Positions 28,647 through 39,525 are shown, counted from the first letter of the stretch. The stretch: DNA of 64,000 nucleotides from Ignavibacteriota bacterium (GCA_963843525.1 CAWJKM010000007.1:405188-469187); one strand, 5' to 3'. Program-made: numbers and translations. The notes: generated by a model from the letters alone, not told the origin.

Positions 28647-30832
28647 GCGGTAGATACCTCATATTGTGTCTCCTCGCATCTGTACTTTTTGCCCGAGCGT
28701 TCGGCGGGCAGATCGCGGGGCGCGTGACCGCGAGGGAGAACGGGGAGGGACTCGTAGGCGTCAGGGTGTACCTCGTAGGGACCGTCCGCGGGGTAAGTAC
28801 GGATATGCATGGAGACTTTGTCATTCCCAATCTCGCTGCAGGAAAGTACTCTGTGATGTTTTCCTCGTTGGGGTATCGACGGGAAACGCGCCCCGAGATC
28901 GTGGTGGAAGAAGGGCGGACGACGACTGTCGATGTTGCGCTCGAGTCCGTGCCGATCGAAACTGACCCCATTGTTGTCACCGCAAATAAGCGGGAACAAT
29001 CGCTCGAAGAGGTCCCTGTGAGCATCTCTGTACTCGATGCAACCGACATCGCACGCCGTAATGCTCAGACCATCGATGAAGCACTCCGCTACATTCCCGG
29101 GGTCAACATCACGGGCACCCAGGTGAACATCCGGGGCTCCAGCGGGTACAGTCTCGGGGCGGGGAGCCGTGTGCTCATGCTCCTCGATGGCATCCCGTTC
29201 ATTGCGGGCGACACCGGAGAACTGAATTTCGAATCGATCCCGATGGAAGAGGTGGACCGGATTGAAGTCGTGAAGGGAGCGAGTTCGGCTCTCTACGGTT
29301 CGAATGCCCTCGGCGGCGTCATCAATCTTATTACGAAGCCCATCGCGGAGGGATCGGCGACTACCGTCCGCATCTTCGAAGGGGTGTACAGCAAGTTCCC
29401 GTATGCGGAATGGAACTGGTCATCCAAAGACCGCTATTTTGCCGGTCAATCGGTGAGTCATGTCCGGAGAGTGGGAGATCTCGGCCTGTCGTTCTTTTTC
29501 TCACACCAATCGGACGACGGATACCGGCAGAACGACTACCACCACCGGTACAACGTGCTTGTGCGCGCGAAGGAGAATTTTTCGTCGACAAGTTCTCTGG
29601 CGCTCAACCTGGGGTTGGCGTCCGAGAATGAAGGGCAGTTTCTTTACTGGCGGAATATCGACTCCGCGCTGATTCCGCCGCTCCGCCACGAGACCGACAA
29701 TGAAGTCTCCACGAGATACTTCCTGAGCGGTCTCTACAATATCGCATTGTCCGACCATGTCCTCTTTACCGTCAAAGGCCTCTGGTATCACAATAATTGG
29801 GGGGTGGAACAGACAGGAGCCGACGCACGTACGGAATCCGTTGCTGATGATTTTCGGCTCGAAGCTCTCGCCACCATCCTCTCGGCAGACATTCATGCCG
29901 TCACAGTCGGCGTCGTCGGCAGCCTTGATCAAATCGGGGGGGATATTTTCGACAAGCAGGAGCTGGGGGGCTTTGCATTTTATGGTCAGGATGAAATGAG
30001 GCTTCTGGAACAACTCCGCTTGACCATCGGCATGCGGTTTGATTTTCAATCTGTCGGACTCTCAAGCGACGGAGGACAGCTCAATCCGAAAATCGGGGTC
30101 ACTTACAACCTGTTCCCCGGGACGGTCCTTCGCGCGTCGTTCGGTGAGGGGTACCGGGTTCCCTCGCTGCCCGAAGCCTTCGTTTCGGCAGGGTCGACGG
30201 GAGTGATTGCCGTCCCCAACAAGGATCTGCGACCGGAAAAAAGCAGATCGGTGGAATTCGGAGTTTCACAGAGAATCGGCGAGATCGGGTCGATGGATAT
30301 TGCAGCGTTTCTTTCCGACATCGACAACCTGATCGAGCCCGGCCTGATCTACTCGGGGACTGACCTTGAAGTCCAGTGGAGGAATGTCACCAGAGCACGC
30401 ATTCAAGGTTTCGAAACGTCCCTCAAATGGGGGCTCTTCGGCGGCGCACTGATGTCCGGCGTCGGATATACTTACGCCTATCCACAGGACCTCACGCTTC
30501 ATGAATTGCTCAAGTACCGTCCTCGACATGTGCTCTATCTCAATGCAGACACCCGACTTGGCTGGTTCACCGCCTCCGTGGATTTCCGGTATATCAGCAG
30601 AGTTGACCGCATCGACGACGAACTTGTCTTTGCGGGGGTGATCCCCGACGGAGACCAGCGAGTCCCGATCTACGTGACCGACATCCGGATAGGCGGCGAC
30701 TTTTCTCTTGGCGCCACGATGTTCTCCGTAAGTTTTAACGTGAATAATGTCTTTCAACACCGATATATCGAATTAATAGGCAACGTGATGCCCCCCCGGA
30801 ATTTCGTAATCGTGCTCCAGGCGAAAGTGTGA
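28634..30832 (+). CDS. TonB-dependent receptor with N-terminal carboxypeptidase-regulatory-like (CarbopepD_reg) domain
   Basis: GQIAGRVTARENGEGLVGVRVYLVGT...DMHGDFVIPNLAAGKYSV is the CarbopepD_reg domain. The plug is PIVVTANKREQSLEEVPVSISVL. NIRGSSGY and GIPFIAGD blocks follow, then a C-terminal beta-barrel. Confidence 0.85.
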   Translation: MAPMSGRYLILCLLASVLFARAFGGQIAGRVTARENGEGLVGVRVYLVGTVRGVSTDMHGDFVIPNLAAGKYSVMFSSLGYRRETRPEIVVEEGRTTTVDVALESVPIETDPIVVTANKREQSLEEVPVSISVLDATDIARRNAQTIDEALRYIPGVNITGTQVNIRGSSGYSLGAGSRVLMLLDGIPFIAGDTGELNFESIPMEEVDRIEVVKGASSALYGSNALGGVINLITKPIAEGSATTVRIFEGVYSKFPYAEWNWSSKDRYFAGQSVSHVRRVGDLGLSFFFSHQSDDGYRQNDYHHRYNVLVRAKENFSSTSSLALNLGLASENEGQFLYWRNIDSALIPPLRHETDNEVSTRYFLSGLYNIALSDHVLFTVKGLWYHNNWGVEQTGADARTESVADDFRLEALATILSADIHAVTVGVVGSLDQIGGDIFDKQELGGFAFYGQDEMRLLEQLRLTIGMRFDFQSVGLSSDGGQLNPKIGVTYNLFPGTVLRASFGEGYRVPSLPEAFVSAGSTGVIAVPNKDLRPEKSRSVEFGVSQRIGEIGSMDIAAFLSDIDNLIEPGLIYSGTDLEVQWRNVTRARIQGFETSLKWGLFGGALMSGVGYTYAYPQDLTLHELLKYRPRHVLYLNADTRLGWFTASVDFRYISRVDRIDDELVFAGVIPDGDQRVPIYVTDIRIGGDFSLGATMFSVSFNVNNVFQHRYIELIGNVMPPRNFVIVLQAKV

Positions 30833-30875
30833 CCGACGCTGCCCTCCCGTGCATTCCAGAATACTGTGAGTCCCT

Positions 30876-33800
30876 ATGTCTACCGCATTGACACGCATTC
30901 GGCTGTCTCCTCTTCTCTTCTCGCTGGTGGTGCTCCCTGCATTGTGCCTGGCCGGATTCAAAGAATCGGTCGAGCAGACTCTTCACCTCGTCCAGGCATT
31001 TGAGGGCTGTGCGGAAGGATATGGGTCGACGAGTATCGGAGCGACACTTCAATACCCCCGGATCCGATCGGACGCTCCCAACGCGCTGATCTCCCGTGCC
31101 ACCGATGGTAAACAAGTGATTGAATGGTTGACAGGGCCGGTCCCGGCCACGCGAAGCACTGAGTCGGTTTCGTTTGTGGTGCGTGCAGGGATCTACGGAC
31201 AGGAAGAGCCGGGGAAGAAGTTCCATCTCTTCGTGGATGGCGCGGAACGCATCGCGTTTTCAACGTCGAATCGTGACCGATGGGTGATCAAGGGGGAAAA
31301 TGGAAGTGAACTCTTTTTTGAAAGCGTGATGAAAGATCAATTCGGCGATCTGTTCGGATACCTGCGCCTGACCATCCCCTCCAGTTGGACGACCGGCGAT
31401 GCACCTGTGCGATTGAAGATCGTCGGTGAAAATGAAGGGTCGTCGGCATGGGTGATGATCTACCAGGATTCGACGGCCTTATCGTATCTACGGGAGCAGG
31501 CTCTTGAACAGGCATGGTGCCGGGTTGACGTGGACCTGTCGGGCCCGGAGGCTCTCGCTACATGTATGGCTTCTTCCTCCTGGGTGGGAAGGCATATGAC
31601 CTGGCAGGTCGGATCGCAGGCTCCGGGAAGCACCGAGCTCACTTCTCACGACAAGTTTGCCCGCGCCGTCTTTCACATGGAATTGAAACCGCATGATGCT
31701 TTGACATTGTCCGTGGGAATGGACACGCTGTTTCGCGGGGCAATCTCCGGGGATAGCCTTACAGAAAGTGCGATTTACCCGAAGAGACTGGTGACCCGCC
31801 GGTCTTCCTCCGGAGTCCAATCGTGGAGCGTGGAGTATCAATCGACGTATATGCCCGAACTGGGAACGTCGCTCCTCGAACTCTCGGACGAATCCAGGGG
31901 GAAGGGGAGCCAGTATCTGATCATCTCATCCCACCAGGATATCGCCTGGATGGACACACCCACTGAATGCGTGAAGGAGAGGGATGAGAAGGTTATCACA
32001 CCGGCGCTGTCGTTGCTTCATGATGATCCCCGGTTTTGCTTCGACCTCGAAGACGTCCTCGAACTCAGGGAGTACCTGGGCCGTCATCCTGATCGAAAGG
32101 ACGAGATCTCCGGATTCATCAAGCAGGGGAGGCTGGGGATCGGCGCTTCCTTCAACATGCCGTATGAAGATCTTTGCTCCGGCGAAATGCTGGTCCGGCA
32201 GTTCTATGCCGGGCTCCGCTGGTTGAGAAAGAATCTCCCCGGCTGTGACAGCCGAACGGTATGGAATCCCGACGTCCCCGGAAGGTCCACCCAGGCTCTC
32301 CAGGTGATGCACAAAGCCGGCGTGCGATTCCTGCTGATCAGCCGGCAGAAGCCGGGTCTCTATGACTGGAGCAGTCCGGATGGCTCGAGCGTCCTTGTTT
32401 TCAGTCCCGGTCACTATGCCCTGTTCAACGAACGAACGACTGGGAAACCTTTCCCTGAAGCAGCGGCCTATCTTGCATCTTTTGACCGGCAATGGGAAGC
32501 AGCGGTCAACAAAGAGAGCACAAACACGCCGGTCCTCTCGATGTCGGACATGAGCGCTCCGGTCCGGTACGATGATTTCATCGATACCTGGAACGGGCTG
32601 CATTCCATTGCGGTCGCCGGCGGGAAGTCCCGTCCTCTCACCCTCCCGTCTCTTCACTATTCAACCGCAAGCGCTTTCTTCTCCGCCGTCGAACGGGAAG
32701 ACGCGCCCCGCCCAACCATCCGGGGCGAGCGTCCGAACATCTGGTTGTATATTCATGGACCGACGCATCACCGTGCGATAGACGCAAAGCGGCAAGCTGA
32801 TGGATTCCTGACTTCCGCGGAAATATTCTCGACTGTCGATGGGTTGCTGGAGCATTCCTTCGCCCGGTACCCCCAGGAAGAGCTGACCAACGCCTGGGAA
32901 GCACAACTCTATCCGGATCACGGTTGGGGTGGGAAGAACGGCGAAATTACCGATAGCACGTTCCGTGCGAAATTTGAGTTTGCCAGGGATGTGGCCCGGC
33001 GGATCACCACCTCGGCGACGAACGCGCTCGCATCGCGAGTGAAAACTTCGTCCCGCAAAGGCGTACCGCTGGTGATTTTCAACTCGCTTTCCTGGAAGAG
33101 GAGCTCGCCGGTGGAATGCACGGTGCAGTTTCCCCCGGCCCTCTTTCGAGGAAGTTTCTCTCTGTCGACCTCCTCCGGGAAATCCGTCCCGGTGCAACTG
33201 CTTTCGATAACGAGGAACTCGGATGGATCGCTCAAATCGGCGCGGATCGTTTTCGTTGCGGAAAATGTGCCCTCAATAGGCTATTCGACGTACTATGTTC
33301 ATTCCGTCAAGGGAGTCCCCGCGCTTGCCGGAAAAGACACTGCTGCTCCTCCATTGTTGGAAAGCGCCGATTACCGGCTTGCCCTGAGTGCCGGGGGGAT
33401 TCAGCAAATTTATGACAAGGACCTGCGCAGGAACCTTCTTTCAACCGGGAAGTTTCTCGGCGGCGAGCTCTTCACCATGCAATCGGTGGGCGAAGATGCA
33501 GGCGAATGGAGCGAGCCGCAACAACCGACCATGGAGGGGTTTGATCAATTGCAGCGCCACAAACCGGTGTGGCGATTGGTGGAGACAGGCCCCGTCAGGC
33601 AAGTGGTGGAACTCCGGCAAGATATCGACCACGCGACTGTGCACCAACGGCTTCTCCTCTACAACCATCTGAAGCAGCTGGATGTTGAGACAGCCCTCCT
33701 CCGGTGGGATGGGACGAAATACCGCGAGTTTCGTCTGGCGTTTCCGGTGGCGATGCCAAAAGGCCAGGTCACCTACGAAGTTCCCTTTGGCACTGTTGAG

Positions 33801-34454
33801 GTGGGGAAGGACGAACTACCGGGTGCTCCCGGAGAGCGGTATACGCAGGATGCGCGGCAGATCAGGCCGAGAAGCATTCAGAACTGGATCGATGTTTCGG
33901 ATAGCACAGCAGGGATAACAATCAGTTCCAGCGTTGCTGTGTGGGACTACAAGGATCCGACAGACCATCCGGAAGCGATGCCTGTGCTTCAACCCGTGCT
34001 CCTTGCATCACGAAAGAGTTGTCACTGGGAAGGGAACTGGTATCTTCAGAAAGGAGATCACTCTTTCCGGTTCTCCCTGACCTCACACAGTCGGGGCTGG
34101 AGGATGGGTCGACAGTTCGGGGTGGGGGCAAATACACCGCTTTTCGTCGCAGCCGGACCGTTTCAGAACATAAGAAAGACACTGCCTGAACAAGAGAGTT
34201 TTTTCTCTCTCGATTCTCAAAACGTTCTTCTCAGCACGATGAAAAAGGCGGAAGACGGCGATCGCGTGGTCCTGAGACTGGTTGAAGAGGAAGGGAGGGC
34301 GGGAAAGGTAACCCTGAATTTGTTTGGGCGGGTTCATCGGGCCGAGCAGACGAACATCATTGAGAATGATGGAAAAGTCGTACCTGCGGAGGGCAAACAT
34401 CTTTCGCTGGATATCGCAGGGCACGCCATCGAGACATTTGTGCTGGACTTCTGA
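30876..34454 (+). CDS. GH38-like glycoside hydrolase (putative alpha-mannosidase) with an N-terminal accessory domain. Paralog of 44938-48318.
   Basis: LIISSHQDIAWMD fits the GH38 N-domain metal-site pattern H-x-D-x-x-W. About 1.2 kaa and secreted. Its N-terminal approx. 200 aa are clearly homologous to the other paralog (KKFHLFVDGAERIAFS...DLFGYLRLTIP vs VRKFHLSVNGSPLVAFS...DLFGYAFLTLP). Confidence 0.45.
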   Translation: MSTALTRIRLSPLLFSLVVLPALCLAGFKESVEQTLHLVQAFEGCAEGYGSTSIGATLQYPRIRSDAPNALISRATDGKQVIEWLTGPVPATRSTESVSFVVRAGIYGQEEPGKKFHLFVDGAERIAFSTSNRDRWVIKGENGSELFFESVMKDQFGDLFGYLRLTIPSSWTTGDAPVRLKIVGENEGSSAWVMIYQDSTALSYLREQALEQAWCRVDVDLSGPEALATCMASSSWVGRHMTWQVGSQAPGSTELTSHDKFARAVFHMELKPHDALTLSVGMDTLFRGAISGDSLTESAIYPKRLVTRRSSSGVQSWSVEYQSTYMPELGTSLLELSDESRGKGSQYLIISSHQDIAWMDTPTECVKERDEKVITPALSLLHDDPRFCFDLEDVLELREYLGRHPDRKDEISGFIKQGRLGIGASFNMPYEDLCSGEMLVRQFYAGLRWLRKNLPGCDSRTVWNPDVPGRSTQALQVMHKAGVRFLLISRQKPGLYDWSSPDGSSVLVFSPGHYALFNERTTGKPFPEAAAYLASFDRQWEAAVNKESTNTPVLSMSDMSAPVRYDDFIDTWNGLHSIAVAGGKSRPLTLPSLHYSTASAFFSAVEREDAPRPTIRGERPNIWLYIHGPTHHRAIDAKRQADGFLTSAEIFSTVDGLLEHSFARYPQEELTNAWEAQLYPDHGWGGKNGEITDSTFRAKFEFARDVARRITTSATNALASRVKTSSRKGVPLVIFNSLSWKRSSPVECTVQFPPALFRGSFSLSTSSGKSVPVQLLSITRNSDGSLKSARIVFVAENVPSIGYSTYYVHSVKGVPALAGKDTAAPPLLESADYRLALSAGGIQQIYDKDLRRNLLSTGKFLGGELFTMQSVGEDAGEWSEPQQPTMEGFDQLQRHKPVWRLVETGPVRQVVELRQDIDHATVHQRLLLYNHLKQLDVETALLRWDGTKYREFRLAFPVAMPKGQVTYEVPFGTVEVGKDELPGAPGERYTQDARQIRPRSIQNWIDVSDSTAGITISSSVAVWDYKDPTDHPEAMPVLQPVLLASRKSCHWEGNWYLQKGDHSFRFSLTSHSRGWRMGRQFGVGANTPLFVAAGPFQNIRKTLPEQESFFSLDSQNVLLSTMKKAEDGDRVVLRLVEEEGRAGKVTLNLFGRVHRAEQTNIIENDGKVVPAEGKHLSLDIAGHAIETFVLDF

Positions 34455-34555
34455 TTGCCGGGCGACACGATACTCACAAAAGGGGGGTTTGCCATTTCTG
34501 ATTAAACGGTTCTCCATGCCGGTGGTCTAATGAAGAAACGAGGAGCATCGGCACA

Positions 34556-37363
34556 ATGCGTGCACCTCTCATCTTCATGAGTTGCATTCTTTTTTCCTTC
34601 CCTTCGTTTGCCCGGGATTCCCCTCTTCGGGGGCGTGTCGTCGACGAGAAAAACACTCCGCTTCCCGGGGTGCATGTGCGCCTCGTAACCATCCTGGACA
34701 CTTCCACGGCAATCTTCGCAACGAGCGGACTGGATGGGAGTTTTCAGATCCCAGACCTCTCCTCCGGAAGCTACCGCCTCGACATTACGGCCATCGGACA
34801 CAGATCCATCCAACAAGTTGTCAGAGTGCAGGGGAGGGCCATAGACCTGGGGACCATCGTTTTAGCCGAGAGTCCAATCCAGCTTGGCGAAGTCCTTATC
34901 GAACGGCGGCCGCCGGCCGCCGTGTTAAACGGTGACACGACGGAATTTCTCGCCGCATCGGTGAAGGTCAACAGGGATGCGACAGCCGAGGATATGCTCA
35001 CAAAATTGCCCGGAATCACCGTCTCAAACGGAACGGTGAGCCAGGGGGGAGAAAACGTCCAGCGGGTTCTCGTGGACGGAAAACCCTTTTTCGGGGACGA
35101 TCCGACCCTCGCGCTCCGGAATCTTCCCGCCGAAGTTGTTGACAAGATCCAGGTGTTCGACCAGATGAGCGATCAGGCGCAATTCACCGGATTCGACGAC
35201 GGCCAATCGGTGAAAGCATTGAACATCATCACCCGCCGGCGGGGAAGGGATCTCAATTTCGGCAAGGTCGCGACAGGTTACGGGGACAACCAGCGATACG
35301 AGGTGGGAGGGAACGTCCATCTGTTCGATGGCGATCGAAGGATTTCTGTGCTGGGGCTCTCCAACAACGTCAACGATCAGAACTTTTCGATGCAGGACAT
35401 CCTTGGCGTGATCTCGTCGAACAATCAAATGCGCACGCCGGGGATGGGCCCACGCGGACGCGGGCCGGGCGGAGGCGGAGGATTCCGGCAGGCCAGCCCC
35501 TTCGGGCGGTCGGGCGCCGGCGGCAACCCCTCCTCACTCGTTGGTCAGCAGCAGGGTATCAATACGACCTCCATGTTCGGAACGAATTACTCCGATAGTC
35601 TTGCGTCGAATCTCTTCATGCAGTCTTCGTATTTTTTCAACCGTATCGACAACACCAATGAACAACTGGACAGGAGACAGTACCTCCTGGGAGGAGATTC
35701 GATCGGTCTTTATCATCAGACCTCCAACGCCGACGGGAAGAATTTCAATCACCGGATCAACAGCAGGATCGAGTACGCCCCTGATCCATCTGATGTGCTC
35801 ACGGTTCTCCCGCAATTGTACTTCCAATCAAACCGCTCATCGAACATGCTGGACGCGATCACGGCGCTGAATTCCACGGCGTCCCTTTCGCAAAGCGTTA
35901 CTGATGGCTCGAATTCCGGGTACAATCTCTCCGGCCACGTGGTCTACCGGCACAAATTCGATCTCCCTGGTCGTACGATATCACTCGACGTCGGAATGGC
36001 GGCGAATCGGAAAGTGTCGGTGGGACTCCTTTCGGCGTCCGATCAGTACGAAGGGACCTCGGGGATCAATGACTCCCTCGCGCAGCGCTCCGACTACCTT
36101 TCCAATGTGAACACGGTGAGCGCGAACATTGTCTACACCGAGCCTGTGAGCGTTGACGATCTCGTGGAACTCCTGTACACGCCGTCTCTCACGAAGAGTA
36201 CCGCCGACAAGAACACCTTGGATCTCGATCGATTGGTGGGGATGTATTCAATCCCGAATGCCGCTCTTTCGAACGCCTATGCGAACAACTATCTGACGCA
36301 AAGTGCGGGTGTCGGGTATCGTTGGCGCGGGACGGCGATGAACCTGATGACGAACTTGTCGTATCAGGTAGCCCAGCTGCGGAGTGACAATATTCTCCCC
36401 GGGGCGGACCTCTCCAAGAGATTCGGATCCTTTCTCCCCAGCGCGTTATTCATCTCTTCGATGGCGGACCACCGGACGCTCAGGATCTTCTATCGAACAT
36501 CGACCCAGTCTCCCAGTGTGACACAACTTCAGCAGGTCGTTGATAATTCCAATCCTCTCCTGGTCACCACAGGCAATCCGGACCTCATACAGTCGTATAC
36601 TCATTCACTTCTTGCGCGGTATGCGCTCACCTCGGCGGACAGGGTTCACAGCATGTTCCTGCTTCTTGCCGGGACGTATACATCGCACTACGTTGCCAAT
36701 GCGACACTCATCCCTTCGCGCGACACACTTCTTGCCGGAGGCACGGTTGTGCCTGTGGGGAGCCAGTTGACCTACCCGGTGAACTTAAACGGCTACTGGA
36801 ACGTCCGTTCGTTCTTCACGTACGGATTACCGTTCAGCCTGCTGGGCAGTACATTGAACCTCAATAGCGGCGTCACTTTTTCCCGGACTCCTGCACTGCT
36901 CAACGCCGTCCGGAGCACCGGAAACTCGGTCGCCTTTACTGAGGGGTTTGTCCTGGGAAGCAATCTCAGTGAAGACTTTGATTTCACCATTTCCTATTCC
37001 GGCAATTATACACTCTCACGGAATTCACTGCAACCAAATGCCAACAGCAACTCCTATTCTCACACGGCGTCGCTCCGGTGGGTATGGACGTTCTGGAATG
37101 GCTTTGTCTTGAGAAACGATGTGACTAATGCGCTGACGAACGGGCTTGCAGAGGGTTTCAATCAAAACTCAGTCCTCTGGAATGTCAGTCTGGGGAAGAA
37201 ACTCTTTGCAGAGGAGAGGGGAGAGATCAAGATGGGAGTGACGGACCTTCTGGGGCAGAACAAGAGCGTTAATCGTTCGGTCACCGGCACCTACATCGAC
37301 GACACCTCCAATGAAGTGCTGACAAGGTATTTTTTGGTAACGTTCACCTACACGTTGCGATGA
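34556..37363 (+). CDS. TonB-dependent receptor-like outer-membrane protein (CarbopepD_reg + plug + barrel) with an internal Gly/Arg-rich low-complexity segment
   Basis: RGRVVDEKNTPLPGVHVRLV...DGSFQIPDLSSGSYRL is the CarbopepD_reg domain. The plug is TTEFLAASVKVNRDATAEDMLTKLPGITV. The low-complexity GMGPRGRGPGGGGGFRQ segment is internal, and the protein ends in beta-barrel strands. Confidence 0.7.
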   Translation: MRAPLIFMSCILFSFPSFARDSPLRGRVVDEKNTPLPGVHVRLVTILDTSTAIFATSGLDGSFQIPDLSSGSYRLDITAIGHRSIQQVVRVQGRAIDLGTIVLAESPIQLGEVLIERRPPAAVLNGDTTEFLAASVKVNRDATAEDMLTKLPGITVSNGTVSQGGENVQRVLVDGKPFFGDDPTLALRNLPAEVVDKIQVFDQMSDQAQFTGFDDGQSVKALNIITRRRGRDLNFGKVATGYGDNQRYEVGGNVHLFDGDRRISVLGLSNNVNDQNFSMQDILGVISSNNQMRTPGMGPRGRGPGGGGGFRQASPFGRSGAGGNPSSLVGQQQGINTTSMFGTNYSDSLASNLFMQSSYFFNRIDNTNEQLDRRQYLLGGDSIGLYHQTSNADGKNFNHRINSRIEYAPDPSDVLTVLPQLYFQSNRSSNMLDAITALNSTASLSQSVTDGSNSGYNLSGHVVYRHKFDLPGRTISLDVGMAANRKVSVGLLSASDQYEGTSGINDSLAQRSDYLSNVNTVSANIVYTEPVSVDDLVELLYTPSLTKSTADKNTLDLDRLVGMYSIPNAALSNAYANNYLTQSAGVGYRWRGTAMNLMTNLSYQVAQLRSDNILPGADLSKRFGSFLPSALFISSMADHRTLRIFYRTSTQSPSVTQLQQVVDNSNPLLVTTGNPDLIQSYTHSLLARYALTSADRVHSMFLLLAGTYTSHYVANATLIPSRDTLLAGGTVVPVGSQLTYPVNLNGYWNVRSFFTYGLPFSLLGSTLNLNSGVTFSRTPALLNAVRSTGNSVAFTEGFVLGSNLSEDFDFTISYSGNYTLSRNSLQPNANSNSYSHTASLRWVWTFWNGFVLRNDVTNALTNGLAEGFNQNSVLWNVSLGKKLFAEERGEIKMGVTDLLGQNKSVNRSVTGTYIDDTSNEVLTRYFLVTFTYTLR

Positions 37364-37552
37364 GAGGCGTACGGGATATCTCTATGGAAATGGGAAAAGT
37401 TCTGATGCAAGATCTGCGTGAGCTGCGAGAGAATCAGTAGCCAGAGGCATGTGCACAAGGGGTGGGGCATCGATCGTGTGCAGAGCCGGCTCATTTCTAT
37501 TGACTCTTAGATTAGGAATTCGTAAGGTTCCTGCCAATTTAATTGTTTTCGT

Positions 37553-38179
37553 ATGCCCAGGAAACGGTTGCTCGGTATGGCCTTCTGCGACACCCAGTCT
37601 CTTCGCCTCTTTGAAGTCCTCAGAGAGCAGGCTTCGTTCACTGAGGACGAAATCCAATGCTTCCAGTCGTTCCTGGATCTGAGGGTCTTCAAAAAAAAGG
37701 AGCACCTCCTCCGCGCAGGAGAAATATCCGGGGCGACATCCTACGTGAAGAAGGGGTGCCTCCGTCGGTATGTTATCGATGAGCATGCCAAAGAAGTAAT
37801 CATAAATTTTGCAGTGGAAGACTGGTGGATCGGCGACCTGGAGAGCTTTCATTTCCAGCGGCCCAGCCCATACTACATCCAGGCTCTTGAAGAGAGTGAA
37901 TTGCTCCTCCTCTCCCGGCAGAATTTTTTGCGCGTGTGCGAGGAGTTGCCGAAATACAAAGTCTTCCATGAACGGAAGGAGCAACGCTCCCATTACGCTA
38001 CCCTCAAACGGCTCTCCATCATCTCGGGGGGGACCCCCGAAGAGAAATACCTCCTGCTCATGAAACAGCAGCCGCAGCTGTTTCAGCGCATCCCCCTCCA
38101 CTATATAGCCTCCTATCTCGGCATTGAACCGGAATCGCTCAGCCGTCTCCGCAGGCGCCTCGCCGAAAAGAAATCCTAA
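37553..38179 (+). CDS. Crp/Fnr-family transcriptional regulator
   Basis: N-terminal cNMP-binding domain (KKEHLLRAGEISGATSYVKKGCLRRYVIDEHAKEVII) and C-terminal HTH (HYIASYLGIEPESLSRLRRRL). An antisense ORF (37382-38101) is judged spurious. Confidence 0.75.
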   Translation: MPRKRLLGMAFCDTQSLRLFEVLREQASFTEDEIQCFQSFLDLRVFKKKEHLLRAGEISGATSYVKKGCLRRYVIDEHAKEVIINFAVEDWWIGDLESFHFQRPSPYYIQALEESELLLLSRQNFLRVCEELPKYKVFHERKEQRSHYATLKRLSIISGGTPEEKYLLLMKQQPQLFQRIPLHYIASYLGIEPESLSRLRRRLAEKKS

Positions 38180-38255
38180 CCATCGTCAATGACTTGCCGT
38201 CCATCGGCCTGTACCTTTGATCCATCAACCAACAACACCATCAAAGGGAGGTCCT

Positions 38256-39326
38256 ATGGATACCGCAACACTTGCTTCGAAGGTCGTAGTCAGCCCGGCC
38301 ACTCCGGTCAGCCCCGAACATATCCTGAAACTGGGGATGGGGTATTGGGCCTCAAAAACCGTCCTGACCGCAGTGCAACTCAAGCTGTTTACCATTCTTG
38401 CGCAAAAGCCGCACAGCGCAGGCGAAATCCGGGAGCGTCTGGGACTGCATGAACGTTCGTATCTTGACTTCCTGGACGCACTGGTAGCATTGAAACTCCT
38501 GAAACGAAAAGGGCTGGGAGGCGAAGCAATCTATTCCAACACGCCGGAGACCGATACTTTCCTCGACAGGAACAAGCCATCCTACCTTGGCGGGATTCTG
38601 GAAATGAGCAACAACCGCCTGTACAAGTACTGGAACGATCTCGAAGAGGGTTTGAAAACCGGGCTCCCGCAAAACGAATTGAAGGATTCTCACTCAGAAT
38701 CGCAATTCAACGATTTCTACAGCAATCCGGAGTCGCTGGCCGAGTTCATGAGGGCCATGGCCGGAATACAAATGGGCGCTTTCATCTCTTTGGCCCAGCA
38801 ATTCGACTTCTCACCGTACAGGAGATTTGTCGATATCGGAGGTGGAAACGGATCGCTTTCCATCCAGGTGGCCCTGCACAATCCTCAGATCGAATGCACG
38901 ACGTTCGACTTGCCGGTGGTGGAGCCGGTTGCGAAAGATACGATAGACCGGTTCAGCCTTTCCACAAGAATTCGCACGGCCGGAGGCGACTTCTTCAACG
39001 ATGACCTTCCGCAAGGCGATGTTGTCGCGATGGGAAATGTCCTCCATGACTGGAATGAGAAAGAGAAACTCTTGCTCATGAAGAAGGCGTTTGACCTCCT
39101 GCCCGCCGGCGGGGCCTTCGTGTGCATAGAGAGCATTATTGACAACAACAGAAGTGAGAATGCTTTCGGGCTCTTGATGTCCTTGAATATGCTGATCGAG
39201 ACCAAGGGCGGTTTCGATTATACATTCAATGATTTCGATCGATGGGCTCACCAGTCAGGATTCCACCGCACGGAATGGCTGCCCCTCGCCGGACCGACCA
39301 GCGCAGCGATAGCGTACAAAGCATGA
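38256..39326 (+). CDS. Class I SAM-dependent O-methyltransferase (O-MTase family 2-like)
   Basis: Strong SD (AGGGAGG) before the ATG at 38256. SAM motifs FVDIGGGNGSLSIQ, DLPVVEP, GDFFNDDLPQGDVVAMGNVLHDW. N-terminal dimerisation-type winged helix. Confidence 0.75.
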   Translation: MDTATLASKVVVSPATPVSPEHILKLGMGYWASKTVLTAVQLKLFTILAQKPHSAGEIRERLGLHERSYLDFLDALVALKLLKRKGLGGEAIYSNTPETDTFLDRNKPSYLGGILEMSNNRLYKYWNDLEEGLKTGLPQNELKDSHSESQFNDFYSNPESLAEFMRAMAGIQMGAFISLAQQFDFSPYRRFVDIGGGNGSLSIQVALHNPQIECTTFDLPVVEPVAKDTIDRFSLSTRIRTAGGDFFNDDLPQGDVVAMGNVLHDWNEKEKLLLMKKAFDLLPAGGAFVCIESIIDNNRSENAFGLLMSLNMLIETKGGFDYTFNDFDRWAHQSGFHRTEWLPLAGPTSAAIAYKA

Positions 39327-39368
39327 AGTCCTGAGCTGCGGACTTCTCTGTGCGTGAAGTGTCTTCGC

Positions 39369-39408
39369 GCCCGCATACCCCGAAGGTGTGCGGGCTTTGT
39401 TTTCTGTT
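39369..39408 (+). terminator. Rho-independent terminator after the O-methyltransferase
   Basis: GCCCGCATACC-ccgaa-GGTGTGCGGGC (one G-U pair) followed by TTTGTTTTCTGTT. Confidence 0.6.
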
Positions 39409-39525
39409 CGGGTGCTTGATTCGGCGCGCGTGGCGGGCTCCACTGATTGTGAATTCTCTCATGCGTTCTTGACAATTGGTTTTCCTTCCGCTATTATTTC
39501 GCAGGAACGCTTGCAGAGATTTATC

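Noticed and set aside
31926-32657. 243-aa minus-strand ORF inside the GH38-like gene
   Set aside because: Antisense. The plus-strand frame is continuous over 1192 codons with paralog support.
37382-38101. 239-aa minus-strand ORF
   Set aside because: Overlaps the clearly recognisable Crp/Fnr gene on the plus strand. The plus-strand product has the cNMP-binding and HTH motifs; this one has none.
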